From assembly GCF_000181795.1 (NCBI RefSeq), contig NW_003526940.1, positions 965,527 to 1,029,526 on the forward strand: a stretch of DNA of 64,000 nt, in the 5' to 3' direction. A program made the translations under genes and the position numbers. This document shows, piece by piece, positions 28,601 to 43,398 of this stretch (positions are counted from its first letter, which is position 1; the number at the start of each line of letters is the position of its first letter). Source of the stretch: Trichinella spiralis (Eukaryota). The notes under the pieces are model-generated. The model was not told where the DNA came from and made no database searches. It was given only the letters and a program-made list of their open reading frames with translations.

Positions 28601-29035
28601 AATTACCGATTTTAGAAAGTCGTTAGAAATGCTATGGTGAATGGTAGCTGGGGAAATGAAGAACGTAACGGTGACTTTCCATTCGACAAGAAGAAAAATT
28701 TCGATATACTTTTTGTCTGCGAAACACAAGCTATTCAAGTAAGCCAATATATCCTAATTTAAAAATGATTTATAATTAATTACAAGCTTTCAAATTATCA
28801 CTTATTTTATAGAGAGTTTTTGATGTCAAAAAAATATCATATGCTCAGTGAATAAATAAAAATATATGTCATAAATAATAATAATAATAATAGTGTTTCT
28901 AATGTATTTTTTCAATTTTAGGTATATGTGAACAACATGGAATTTACAAATTTTGTTCATCGTGTAGCGCCAGAAAAAATTGACTCTTTAAAAATTGAAG
29001 GAGATCTGGAACTGCAGTTGATTCATTTAGAATGA
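25688..29035 (+). CDS. Tandem-repeat galectin (nematode LEC-1/LEC-2-like), 7 exons, ~269 aa
   Basis: Exons 25688-25702, 26582-26664, 27600-27798, 27862-27984, 28308-28460, 28616-28738, 28922-29035. Two carbohydrate recognition domains (CRDs): HVSCR...VLN...WKKETR...FDLRIRAHDDRF and FHFNPRFNEK...VVRN...WGNEER. The 15-nt first exon is less certain than the rest. Confidence 0.92.
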
Positions 29036-29522
29036 TTTATGTGGCGGAAAATGTTTTGCTTCATTTATTTAAATATTGCTTACTTTAGATGGCAGTATCT
29101 TTTAGAATGATTTCAATAATAATATGGGAATTGGAATTTCTCGAAATTTCTTTTAAACTATTGAAATGTGTAACATTTGTGAATCATCAATTTTGTGATT
29201 AAATATTTAAGAAAAAAGGTAATAAAAGCACTTATATACATCACATTTGTTTATGAATGTAAATTCTTCAAATATAACTGCTGGAGAAAAGTTCTAGTCA
29301 TCTTCGAGCAGTTCTACTTGCAAATACTGTGTCACTGTCGTATGCGTGATAAAAAGTATCACAAAATTATTTAAATAGTATATAATTGCATTGCATTTTC
29401 AAAATGAAATATGAATGTATAAATACGATTTATGACAGCAATGGAATTTTGATGAGAAGCTTCACCTTTTTATTTAAATAATAATTTTTAACACTTGAAC
29501 ATGAGAAATGATGATATCGAAA

Positions 29523-30629
29523 TTAGTTTTGATGAGACGTGCCAACAAAGTTTGAATCACTGTGAAATGGAAAAACCACTTTCAAGCCTTTGATCAAACT
29601 TCGATCTTCAAAAAAACGAATAACAGGATAAAGTGGTATTATGATAATTTGACCAAGCCAGACAAAAGAAATCCAGTCAGCCGTATACTTTGATATGTAA
29701 ATGTATACAATCAAAGCATGTGGAACAGTTTGCGAGATAAAAGTGAAAAAGCTTATTACTAGCAATTTTTTCATCACTACCGTTTGACGTTTGATTTGTA
29801 CTTCTCGAATACTAGTACAGACAGATTTTTTGGTTAATAATAATAAAACACAAGAAAGTAAAAGCACGAGTGCACCGATTCCAATACTGCTAGTAACGAT
29901 GTAATGAGGCATGAAGTATTCTTCTGGAAGAACAGCAGAATAAACGCACATTATACTGATCCATTTAGCATTATTTATGGCACTTTTCCAGCAGAATACG
30001 ACGTCCGTGACATTGCTTGCAAAGGAAATTGTGCCCATCGATAATATTTTTACTTTGTTCCATTTGGTCATCATTTTTGATTGTTCTGCTAGGGAAATTA
30101 AAAAATCGAGTGCCATAAAAAATAATGCCTGAGCTATAGCTATATCCGCTATTGAATACAGTGTCGAATATGGAGTCACATACATGCAATGCAATGAAGA
30201 TACCAATTCATCGTTGGTCACATACCATATGGCTCTTGAATACTCCCAGACCATGTTCAGCGTAAGCAATGAAGCACCACTAGCATACACTTAAAAGCTG
30301 TGAATTAAAGGATGTAAAAATTTCGTAATTATAAAAAATAAATCAGTAGAAAAATATGAAAATTTGGAATAATATCCCCTTAATAGATTTTTAAAAAGGA
30401 TCATAGATTTATTAAATTTTGTTTTTTTATAAGCAAAAAAAATAATTCACTTACTGAGAGAATATCTATCAATGGTACTTTTTGTAGGCTTCCTATATAT
30501 CGCTATGGACATAAGCGAATTAAATATGAAATTAATTAATCCAAATAGAATGTGAAGAATTGCATTTAAAGAAACGAAGAAGAAATTCACGTCACTAGGG
30601 CAAATTTCTGTCATCGTGCTATTATTCAT
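29523..30629 (-). CDS. Serpentine 7TM chemoreceptor-like GPCR, 2 exons, ~313 aa
   Basis: Exon 1 30629-30455 (MNNST..., TM1) joins in phase 1 at the TTTTAAG acceptor to exon 2 30289-29523. Seven hydrophobic segments; basic loop REVQIKRQTVVMKKLL before TM6; TVPH in TM6. Subfamily not determinable. Confidence 0.75.
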
Positions 30630-33321
30630 TGTTCAATAGCTTGTTAATTATTCAGTTCTGCTTTCTAATGCAGAGCTTTCTTTATCTATAAAAATAAAAA
30701 TAAACATTTAAAAATAAATAAATAAATAATTCAATGCACATCAAAATTTGCATTTTTATCAAGTAGTCATTTAAGTTATCTGCATGTCGTTATAACTTCA
30801 TCAACATGCATTCGTAGAATAACGATGCCAAATTGTATTCTATAATATTTAATGGAATGTTTCAAAATCAATAAATAAAAACAAAATAGTTCCGTTATAT
30901 TTTTGCTTGTTTTTTTAATTTCTTTTTATACAATGGTTGTATGATGTTAAATTTGTGCGACAAGCATTCAGAAATCTTTTTTTCATATTTTAATAATTTG
31001 CCGTTCAAAGCAGTAAATTAAATTACATTTTAATTTCAATGAAGATAATAATATCAAGTGAGATAAAAATCAATGTGCGGAAGCCTAAGCATTATCCAAA
31101 TCACAACTTGAAGACTTACTTGTATGAGTTAAGGGCTTGAAACTGAATAACAACTTTTTTCTTTCTCTTCAAATGTATTCCGTCAAATTTTTTAATAGCT
31201 AGCTGTTCTCTTGTTGATGGACGTTAAGAAGGAAAAATCATTTGGAAATTTTTGAAAAATCACAACATTTGATTTGCATTTTTGTAATAAATATCTGAAA
31301 CATATTTAAAAATTATTGAATTGCATAAAAAAATTAGTTAATTGCATAATAATGACATTTTCATGAGAATTTTTTCTGCTTTAAAAGTCATCTTTCATTT
31401 TATCCAAAAGCAATAACTATGTTGATTGAAGCAAAATAAATTTAATTAGAATTACAACAATTTTAAGCTAATAAAAATATTAACGTATTTTAAAATTATT
31501 TTACACTTTAAATATTTTCTTTACTTTTTTCAATATGTTTAATTTAAATTCTTTAAGGAGAATTTTTTCTTTACCATAATAATTGCTGGATGATGAACAA
31601 TTGAATAGTCATGGCAAATATTTTCCTTGAATCTTGCATTAAAATTCTATTCGCATAATTTTATTATAAAATATGATTAAATGAAAAATTTTGTTATGCT
31701 TTAAAAAGTAAAATAATTCATTTCCAAATATTTTTTTACTTATATTATTTTTGTGCTTTGTAATTTATGCTCATATAAACATGATTACATTAAGATGGTA
31801 ATTTTTTTCAATTTTGAAACCATAACTGGAATACGCACTATGCACTGAAAAGTGATTAAAAAATCACGAATTCAACAATACGACAATTCACGGAAACCTT
31901 CTGCATACGCAAAGTACAGATTATATCTTTACATGAATAATTGCTGCGGTTATAGAAATTTAAAATTAATAGAACAGCATTAAAATGCTCTAATGCATAA
32001 ATTTCTCCTTAATCAATTTAAAGCTGCCAATTGCAAAGTTGAGGATATTAGAGATTCGAAATCATTACTCATTTACATGAAAGAAACGCTTCGTTATTAT
32101 TTTTATTAGTACCATTACTATTACTATTATTATTATTATTCATAGCTTCAGTTCAAATTTAATGACTTAATTTTCAAATAATTTCATTTATCAAAGATAA
32201 AATATGAAATATATTTGCAATTAATATGATATAATATTATTTTATTTTGTTTTATTATACCATTGCAAAATATTTATTTATTCTTAAAAAGAAAAGTATT
32301 TTATAAAATGACAGTTTTACTTGTAATTTTTAAAAAACATTTTAATGTTTTAAATTTCCGCAGAAAATCATAAATTTAAGAAAATTATTTTTTAAAGTAA
32401 AAATGAAAATAACTTTCAACATTTAAACAATGTATTTTAAAATTCCAGGAAAATATAAGCGTTGCAAAAATCCATTATTCAGGAAACATTCCGTTTTAGG
32501 CTCACCATATTTAAAAAAGTGATAATGATTAATATTCATATGGATTTTATTATATGATTATTATTTAATAAAATGTTTATCGCAAAATGAAAAATTATTT
32601 TAAAGAAATTTAAATGTCAAATTCAATGCATCCATTCCAATGCATAAAAATACAAACATTTTTCAACAACACGAATCTGAAACTTACATATATCTATATA
32701 TTCATATGCACGGGAAATAAAAGTAATAAGAAAATGATAAGCAGCGACTGCAGCGTTTCAAGTATACAGTGGACAAAAATTATAAGCTAAAATAACCTGA
32801 GCATCTTACTGCCGGTATCCTCTCTTATCAGTTAGTTAATGTTGAACTGCTTAAAATAATTTAAACTATGATAAATACTACTTACAGTACTTGTTGGATA
32901 GCAATAATTTTATGAATAAAAATGATTATAAACACATTCTTCCTTAACAAATTGTACAATTTCTTTTATTGATTTCATGATTACGCAAAAGCGTTATTTT
33001 TTTCTTGTCATGGCAAATTAGATTAACATTTGAGCATAAAAATGAATTTTTTTAATTTTTAGATTTTTTTAAAAATATGCTTCATGCGTAATAATGAATA
33101 AGGAATGATGTAGTAATAATAATGAAAGTGCGCAAACTTTGACACATATTCAATAAGTATAGAGTCCAATCCATCGGTTGAAGAAAAAAATAAGCAGAAT
33201 TTGCTGCACTATGTTATCATAAAGCAGTTCAAAGTTAAAATTATAAATTATAAATACTTCAATCATTTTAGTTAAAATTTGATAAAGCTGTAAAAAATAA
33301 AATGAATAACATCATTGCACA

Positions 33322-34927
33322 CTATCGTGTTAGTAATTTCGCCTTAGCAAGCCAATCTTGGCCAAGTCTTGGGAAAGGGTTCACTGGATGGACATGATGA
33401 CCGTAAAACAGTGAAGCTGGAAAAGGACCAAAATAGCCATTTCCGCTCAGTGGAAATCGCATGCCTTGACCAGACGATCCTGTTGGAACTGGAAAGTCTA
33501 GTAGTCCATCGATTTCGAAATTTTTTGATTCTTGATGCATTATTCCAATGCCAAAAGTATGCGTAAATGGATTGCAGAACGGTGGCTGACAATACGCTGG
33601 ATTGTAATCTCCAGGAAGATTTGATACTGATATTGGTTCTCGTCCACCTTCTGAAATTTTTTATGGAAAAAATTAAAATAAATACCAATACAAATTTACA
33701 TGATTTAAAGAAAAATCGAATAAAGCCCCGTAATTGTACATGGGTATATTTGAAAAATAAAATTTTACTCCTTATTCTTGCTTCATTAAAAAGAGGATCC
33801 ATCATCATTTTAGTAATTTCTGCTGGCCTCAGACCCAGAGAATTTGTCGGTTGAACCATATGACCATAATTATACCACGGAGCGTTGCCACCTGCCGTTA
33901 TCAAGCTTCTTTTATTCCAGATTGCACCCCATTTAAGAAATGGAATATTTAATCTTCCCCTTTGATAATAGCCACCTCCACTGCCATATTGTAAGCCGTT
34001 TGAAAATTGATGAGTAAGCGGGAATTGTGGTGAAAGAACGACACCATTTCGACCCGGAAATGGATGATATGAAATACTGAACGGATGTTGCGATATTGGA
34101 GGAACTCGATAGTCGTACTGAAGGGTATTGCAAGCTTAAAGTAAGCCCTGAGCAATAAATAAAATAAAATTTTACCACATCAACAATGCAAATTACTAAC
34201 TTGTACAATAAGAAGTGACTCAACAATTTTTTTATTATTAATTTAATCCTCTTTTTTTGTCATATAACTTTTTATTTGAGCAAAAAATATTATTTAAATT
34301 TTCTTTTTATTTAGAAAATGCTATCCTCTCATTACTTGTATATTTGTAATTTAAACTTTAACTTTACGAAAGTAACTGACAAAAATTAATTGAATTAAAT
34401 TTAGTTGAAAAGCTTTTCTTTGTAATAGCATCCATATTGAAAATTACAGATAACATAGATAATCCATTTTACAGCTATTGACGATTAAAAGTTAATGATC
34501 ATATTTCAATGTGCATTTATTTAACATGCGACGTTTTCAAATGATATAATTTAATATTATTTATCAATAGATGCAAATAAATCATAAGAAATACATTATA
34601 GCGAGGTATTTAAATGAAAGATTAACGCTATGACTTAATTAGATCGCATTACTTGAGAAAAATTAATTATTCAGGACTGCAAAATCAATGCAATGCAAAT
34701 TGTGTCGCCTCAAAAAGTATTTGCACTTTTTTAATTTTTGCATTAGAAAATGCAGGAAAAGTATTATTTAAGCATTATCTATTCATTATTTGACACCATT
34801 ATTTATTATCATTACTCATATAACAAAAATAATTAATAATCTCATGCAAATAAATAAAGATATTTATACCTATTTTCCTAAAAAGCAATACAACAGTAAT
34901 GCAAAACAACAACGACAGCTCCGCCAT
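33322..34927 (-). CDS. Secreted Gly/Pro/aromatic-rich protein with CQPPFCNPF motif, 3 exons, ~250 aa
   Basis: Exons 34927-34870 (signal peptide MAELSLLFCITVVLLFRKIA), 34134-33769 and 33650-33322 form one frame. Contains WNKR, YCQPPFCNPFTHTFG, DGLLDFPVP and GMRFPLSGNGYFG. Function unknown. Confidence 0.72.
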
Positions 34928-35482
34928 GGTGTTGTTATTCAGCATGCGGGCAGTTTTTGATTATGAATAAAGATGTTTTCACTTGGCTTTTGAACCCTAT
35001 AACTTTTTCGATGCAGGTTACTGATAAGCTTCGTTTGCCTTCAGGCTGACAAATGGAAAATTTACGGATGCGAAAATGGAGAATGCAATTCAAGTTGCAT
35101 GGCAATACTTTTGCAATTAATAAGCAACAACGAACACGTTGTTTAATTTTTACACAACCAGCATTCATTATTTTTCATCTTATCAGCAAACAAACAAGAG
35201 CATTCATAATTCTAAAGTATTTTGCATTTTGAAATTTGATACAAAAAGATCCGCTCTTTTTCTAGATTTCACATTCTGTATTTTATTTTCCAAAACTGCA
35301 TTTCATCTTCAAAATATATGCTTATCAAAAAGAAAAAAAGCAAAGCATGGCAAGGCTAAAAATTCCAATAAACAATAACATTAATACAGCAATAAAGTTA
35401 ACAAAAATGTATGCAAAATAAAAAACAATGCTCAAAAAGTTTGTAAAACAGTTGAAAGTGTAAAAAAACATGTAACAACGAT

Positions 35483-38156
35483 TTAAATTTCTTGTCGCCT
35501 GCTTCTTTCCAGCTCTTCACGAAAGTAATCAATTGTCATCTGCAAACCATCGATCAGAGGAACCTTAAAAAAGTATTTCATAAATAAATAATAACTTGAA
35601 ATAAAAGCTGAAAACTCAATTATTCATTCATCTGCTATCAGTGAACCGCTACTTACGCAACTGCCTATTAAATTAAAATATGCTCGATGCATTAAGCTTT
35701 CATTAAAAAATGAATAATACTTTGATAAAATCGCATCAGAATTTCACACTCCTTTCATGTAGTGAAGTAGTTTAACAAATATTAATTAATTATGATCTAT
35801 CTACCTTCGGTTTCCATTGTAACAACTGCCAAGCTCGGGTAATATTCGGCTTTCGTCTTTGCGGATCATCTACAGAACTTTCGTGATGCACGATTTGACA
35901 CTTGCATTCTAAAAAGGAAATTCCAACTTCGACAAATATCACACAAATTATGAGCGATCAATTATCAAAAAGTGACATTTACTTGTCAAATTTTTCACCA
36001 TCAAAGCAAATTCAGCAATAGTATGCTCTTCCGGATTGCCAAAGTTCACCGGTACAGTAACATTGCTTTCCATCAGTTTAATCAAGCCGGACACCAAATC
36101 TGACACGTATTGAAATGATCGCGTGTGTTGGCCACTCCCATATACCTAAACAAAGGCTAAACGTTTCATAATAAATGAATAACTTAATGAAATTTATGCA
36201 TTTCCCTAACCGTTATTGAACGATTTTCCAAAGCTTGTAAAATGAAATTGCTGACAACACGCCCATCATTCATGTTCATCCGAGGACCAAAGGTATTAAA
36301 AATTCGAGCAATTCTTATATCAACTGCTTCCTGATTATTTGAAAAAAATATTATTAGTTCTATTTTTCTTAATTCAATAATTTCATTTAACCTGTTTGTG
36401 GTATGCAACCATCAGTGCTTCGGCAACCCTTTTGCCTTCGTCGTAACAAGAACGTGGACCAATTGGATTCACATTACCCCAATAAGTTTCCGGCTGTGGG
36501 TGAACAACTGGATCACCGTATACTTCAGATGTTGAGGCGAGTAGAATTTTAGCACGATTTCTTCTGGCCAAGCCTAGCACATTAATAGTACCAAGTGTGT
36601 TTGTCTTGATTGTTTTCACTGGATTGAACATGTAATGCGGAGGAGAAGCCGGAGAAGCGAGATGATAAATTTCATCAACTGTCAAAAATAGTGGATTCGA
36701 TATGTCGTGCGAGATGAGCTCAAAATTCGGATGTCCTATCCAACGTTCAATATTCCGTTTTTGGCCAGTGAAATGATTGTCCACACAAATCACTTGATGA
36801 CCATCTAACAGCAAATGGTCAACTAAATGGGAACCAACAAATCCGGAACCACCAGTTATCTAAATATAAATAATATTTTCTAAAAGTACAAATAACAATC
36901 CACCTTAATAATATCAAAATTTTTAACTACATAATATTATTTTATTTATTTGGTATTTGTATTTCTTGAAAGAAACCTGCTCGTTACATTTAAAATTTCC
37001 TTTTAATTCTTGAGCATCACTTACAATAATAAAATTATAAAAATATGGCCACTTGAATGCAAAATTTACACTACACAACTTCATTATTCTTACTTTTGTT
37101 ACATAACTTTCCTGTCATACAAGCAAAATGTACCTGAAAAATAAAATACAGAGTTCTCAACATAAAAGTAATCATCACCAAAATAGTGACAAACAAAATC
37201 ACAAAAAATACTACCAACATACACAGAAACAATATTTTCTAAATATGACTTACATTCTTTTTTCAAATAAAATTGATATTTAATATTTTTATGTAAAATA
37301 ATATTTAATCTATTTGTGTATAGAAGATAAAAAATTAGATTCAAAAACAATAATATGACAGAAAAGCAACAAATGTAATGTATGGAATTCATAATAAATT
37401 TTTCGAAACTTACAAGTATTCGCTTCTTCTCTGTGAAGTTTCGAAATTTCACGCGTGGATACCGAGTTGAATTTAAAACCGCTGGATGGTTCAACCCTCT
37501 AAAAACTACATTAAATAAAAATTGTAAATATAGAAAAAAGTAAATGTTATACTTTTCCACGGCTATTTCTTTTCTCAATAAATCAATTTCATTTCTCTGA
37601 GCATCAACTGTATTTTTCAAGATATTCAACTCTTTCAGAAATGCTTGCAGCGTTTGCCTAAATTATGCAGTAACTTAAATATTAAATCAAATGCATTATC
37701 GCATCGTACCTGCTATCGCCCTGCTCAATGCTTTCATCACTTCTTATATTATTATTAATCAAAAAATGACCCTGAAGCATTCTTATATTATACAAAAATC
37801 TTTAGACCAATCAAAAAATTGTATTACCAGCTGATCACCATTGCAGCTTCTTCTATAAAACCAGATGCCTAAAATTTAATGTACATCACGTTATCTTTTT
37901 GAAATATTAAGTTCATTAATTAAAACAAGATTCTGAAAAAAATTAATAAATGAAGAAACTACCCAGTTGACTGATGAAGTATAGCAAACTATCAAGAATA
38001 ATAATAGAAGCAAAGCTGTTATTTACTTTTTACAACTCCACATCGTTCTTATTTCCATACATTTAATAATAGAAAGCATAAAAGTAGTAAATGTTTACCG
38101 AGTGTAAAGAAAATAACCATTATTAAACATATACACCAGTATTTTCGGTTGTTCAT
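35483..38156 (-). CDS. UXS1: UDP-glucuronic acid decarboxylase (UDP-xylose synthase; UXS1/sqv-1)
   Basis: Type II anchor exon 38156-38099 ([19 protein letters not shown]), coiled-coil stem exons, then [46 protein letters not shown] (YxxxK), [10 protein letters not shown] and DDPQRRKP. Stop at 35483. Confidence 0.95.
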
Positions 38157-38707
38157 AGTTAGCAGTTTAATTTAGTTTAAAACCAAATTGGCTGTTCTTT
38201 ACGTCGATTTCCTTTCAAATTCGGGTTTTCAAACGTACATTAAAAACGCAAACATGCATAGAGAGATGTGAATTTTAAATCAGAAAAATTAAAGGAATTA
38301 ACAGATTTTATCACCTGTAAATTCCACGTCATTTGCTTTTAGTAATCAAAGGTCAATAATCTCTCAATGAAATACAGTAGTAAACATTTTCATGTACTAC
38401 TTGTTTTTATATCAGCTAACATTTCTTACTTACTTTTAATGTTGAGCTACTTATATTTCATCTAGCCTTTTAAAACATTTAAATAAGTACTTTTAACATC
38501 CCGTTATTTCATTCAACATCAAAACAATTTCGTAGTATAACTTTATTGAATAACAACTTGAAGAATGCCATTCAGAAACTGAACAATTCAACTGTCTGAT
38601 TTGCAAACCAATAATATCCATATAAATATTATTAGAGTTGCAAGCTTTGTTAAAACATTAAACAGTATCATAAATTTCTAACAGTCCTTCATCTTGAAAA
38701 TACAAAA

Positions 38708-39257
38708 TCATGAACTTTTTTCGTCGGTCATTTGACTATCCGATATGTCCAAACCCGGAATGTCAGACACTTTTACTTTACGAGGAATCACTTCTGTTAA
38801 AAAAAAGAATATATGACGGATACGAAAACGAGCAATATACCATGAAGGTAAAACATTCGCATATCGTTTTGAACGCATTCAGCAACGTGATCATAAGTTA
38901 CTTCGCCTTCATTGTTCGCTTGTTCCGCTGCTCTCTTGGCCAAAGTGACAACAAACAATTCCTAATGAACAGCAATACAGTTTAAGAAAAGTTCTATATT
39001 ATGTAAAATAAGTGTGATTAGGATTAACATTGAAATTAAAATTTTATATTACTTTAAAAAACATTTTTCATTTTACAATGTAAAACACTATAGAAAAAAA
39101 CACTTTTAATTTGTTTTCAAAGTACAATAGTCACATTTTATTTATTTACCGCAACTTTTCCCATACAAAACACAGCCTCAGCACTTATGTTCGTCACATC
39201 TGGAGAGCTTTTCATAATCGTACGAACTCTACTTGTTGATATTATCGAATCCTCCAT
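38708..39257 (-). CDS. CHRAC1: CHRAC1-like histone-fold protein (chromatin accessibility complex), 3 exons, 104 aa
   Basis: Exons 39257-39150, 38961-38841 and 38793-38708 give MEDSIISTSRVRTIMKSSPDVTNISAEAVFCMGKVAELFVVTLAKRA...VTYDHVAECVQ...YLHEVIPRKVKV. This matches the CHRAC1 pattern RxRxIMKSSP...ELFV...P.K. Not in the ORF track. Confidence 0.85.
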
Positions 39258-40519
39258 TTTTTAAAACAACTTTTTCGTAAATACTTATCGTCAACTTAAA
39301 AGAAATAAAGCTACAACTGCAATTACTGTAGTACAAAATATTCATTTTTTGAAAATTATCGTGTACATTTCTGTATCAAAAAATTTTATTCAGCATTAAT
39401 TATTTTAATTTAATTTTTACTTTTATTATAAATCACTCCCCTTATCATATGAATTTTCAACCGACCAAATTGTTTTCAGTTCTGCAATGTGGTTGGTAAA
39501 GATACAGTAAGCGATTACTTCATTTAAAAAATGACAACATTTTTATTGATGCAATTCATGAGATAGTATTTAAAATTTTAGTTCAAAAATTTAGAATTAT
39601 TTTATACATTCGTAGAATATAAAGGTAATATAAAAGAAAATGATACACTTTAGGTATATACCTGCAAATTGAAATTATTACTATGAGACAATTGTAACAT
39701 AAAGACGTAATACGAATTTGATTGAAATATTTTCTTTTTATGAGACAAGCAAAAATCTTAAATTGAAAAGTTGATACTGATTTATTTTTCAAGTAAATCG
39801 ATGTACTCCATTGTTTGAGCTTTGGTATTGTCCATTAGCCTTTCACACCCATTGCCCTCATTTATTTTCTACGTAACATTTCTCTTTGCAGCGGTCCACT
39901 GATTTCTGCTCAATGTTGATACTCTGACATGATAACCTTTTGTTAAATTTTAACATTTCATTTAAAAAATTACTAAAATATCAGAATTTAAAAAGTAAAT
40001 TAAAAGCACATTTCAAGGATAAAAATAATTGTGCATTCCCGATTCAGAACACACGTCTGCATTTTAGAAATCGACATTTCCTTAAGCAGTTTTAAAATTA
40101 ATAAAACGCAAAAGCTGAAATGTAAACTGCAATTTTAATCAAGTGCTATTTTTGCCTCACGCCGTTTTTGTGCCAAAGAAAATAACTGCTTTATGAGCAT
40201 TCTGGTTATACAAACAAAATGCTATGTAAACAGCTCCAGTACAGTTAGTCATGAAAAGAGATAAACTTTGGATTGAAAATAAGAATTGTATTGAAATTTT
40301 CTTCAAATTTTCAAATTATTGAAGTAATATGTGTTATAAAATGATAAAATATATTTTCACCAGACATCTTTAAATACACATTTCTTCTACGCTTTATTAA
40401 ACATATTTATGCAAATACTCGGAAATGATTTCAAGGTCGTCTAGAGTATGCAAAACATTATCAGTAGCAATTACGCACAAATTTAAATCTACCATTAACA
40501 GTTGGTGAAGTCTCTTATC

Positions 40520-40759
40520 CTAAGCTTGCTTCATCAGTGCACGACGCAAGCCGTAAAATGGAATTGCAAATGGGATACCACAATACAGTCCAATTTGAAA
40601 CGTCAACAACCAACGATTGCTGTATGCGAATGGAAATAATGGTAAATCGACGTATACATCACCGGGCTTGTATGGAACCACCGTTCCGCCTGATGATCTA
40701 GAAGACTGACTAATCATCTGCCGACGGAGCAAGTTGAAAGTTGTTCGCAAGACTTGCAT
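40520..40759 (-). CDS. COX7C: Cytochrome c oxidase subunit VIIc, mitochondrial
   Basis: Single exon, ATG at 40759. Arg-rich transit peptide followed by PFAYSNRWLL...LYCGIPFAIPFYGLRRALMK, matching the COX7C pattern PF..N.W.L...LY.G..FA.PF...R..L.K. Confidence 0.85.
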   Translation of the reverse strand: MQVLRTTFNLLRRQMISQSSRSSGGTVVPYKPGDVYVDLPLFPFAYSNRWLLTFQIGLYCGIPFAIPFYGLRRALMKQA

Positions 40760-40993
40760 TCTCAAATGTAGTCAACAAATTCGTTGTAGCACTAAATTTT
40801 AAATGAAAATATAAAATAAACATACAACAATAATAAATAAAAATATAAACAATCAGCTACATTTGATATGGAAACTACCAAGTACTATTAATTCGTATTT
40901 ATAAATGAATATGATACTGTGATTAAGCAACAAACCAGAAGTAAAGATTACCACACGATCAAATGTTAGCAGCTGAAATGAAAGTACTGGCTT

Positions 40994-41026
40994 TTACCAA
41001 TCAGAGTAAACCAAATTTAACCAATC
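40994..41026. promoter_or_regulatory. Two CCAAT boxes in the divergent COX7C/hnRNP intergenic region
   Basis: ACCAATCAG (about 40996) and ACCAATCAA (about 41020) lie in the ~870 bp between divergently oriented ATGs. Motif match only. Confidence 0.3.
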
Positions 41027-41628
41027 AAAACAATGCTACAGTTTAAACAAATAAAGCAAGTATCAACAAAACATATCCCATGAAGGTAAAAATTTGGATT
41101 CATCATTTGCTTATAAAATTAAACTAAGTCTTAACAATGAAAAGAGCAATATTTTTTTGTTTAGAAAAAAAACACCTTTTATATCCTAGAAACCGTTAAT
41201 CTGAACGTGAAAATCAGATGCACTGTAGTTAAGTTATCGCAATAGGTTAAGTAAAAAATAGCTATTTAAAATTATAAATATCCTATAATTATATTTATAA
41301 AAATGTTTATTACAATAAAAAAGTACTTTTATTATCACAAAATTGTGTAACTGTGCATTTTGTTTATCATAATACAGTAGCCATCTAGGCGGTTTTTCAA
41401 GGTTTATTGTCTATTAAAAAATCAAATAAAGAGAGAATGTAAGAGAATTTTACTTTTCACATTTTATTACCAAGTATTTACTTTAATGATTTAGTTTTAT
41501 TCAGTGTTACGTGTTAGGTCACTACTACCGTATAAAAATGTTATGGCAATGCAAGTACAATGTATCGATTTTGGTTATTGCTCAGTTCACTTGTTGTCAT
41601 TCTGTTGTTCGTTCTCTGACGTATTACA

Positions 41629-43398
<1,770 letters not shown>

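Noticed and set aside
38710..38985. Plus-strand 91-aa ORF with CPNPEC
   Set aside because: Antisense shadow of the spliced CHRAC1 gene.
39800..39930. GC-richer patch between COX7C and CHRAC1
   Set aside because: Stops in the frames examined and no RNA-gene motif recognised.
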